Source: Heptranchias perlo (taxonomy: Eukaryota). Taken from it: a stretch of DNA of 64,000 nt. The notes beneath the pieces are model-generated. The model saw only the letters and a program-made list of their open reading frames with translations. It did no database searches and was not told where the DNA came from. A program made the position numbers and the translations under genes. The DNA is taken from contig NC_090340.1 of assembly GCF_035084215.1 (NCBI RefSeq), positions 2,666,001 through 2,730,000 on the forward strand, given 5' to 3'. Below, piece by piece: positions 63,958 through 64,000 of this stretch (positions within the stretch are counted from its first letter, which is position 1; each line of letters starts with the position of its first letter).

Positions 63958-64000
63958 CCCATACTGTTAAATGTGATCCCGTTCCGTTTCCAGCTATTCT
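63958..64000 (-). CDS. Ig receptor copy 3, 3' end of the VJ exon (RIAGNGTGSHLTVW), truncated by the window edge
   Basis: J-like GxGSxLTV followed by phase-1 donor g|gtaagt. Confidence 0.85.

Overview
Eukaryotic, repeat-rich vertebrate DNA, most likely a cartilaginous fish (inferred from dense CR1 LINEs, Deu-domain SINEs, Harbinger elements and the Ig-domain style; not proven). Bases 1-26 kb are minisatellites and satellites (32/31-bp, ~45-bp, 67-bp, 34-bp, ~16-bp units) interleaved with nested CR1/L2 LINEs, a MITE and a decayed Harbinger. Bases 32-64 kb hold a minus-strand tandem cluster of non-rearranging, antigen-receptor-like Ig genes built as leader - germline-fused VJ - C1 - TM - cytoplasmic exons. 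One copy is apparently intact (38754->33037, last exon uncertain), one is a pseudogene (52830->51259), and one runs off the right edge and has an Arg in its TM. The intact copy is bracketed by two near-identical young CR1 elements in inverted orientation, one of which keeps both ORFs open. At the ORF1/ORF2 junction these CR1s carry two overlapping in-frame canonical -1 frameshift heptamers (G GGT TTA and T TTA AAC), and ORF2 has no ATG before its first endonuclease motif, suggesting an ORF1-ORF2 fusion protein. A two-gene PIF/Harbinger transposon with nonsense mutations lies at 53.2-57.3 kb. Repeat boundaries are approximate; exon boundaries were read base by base.
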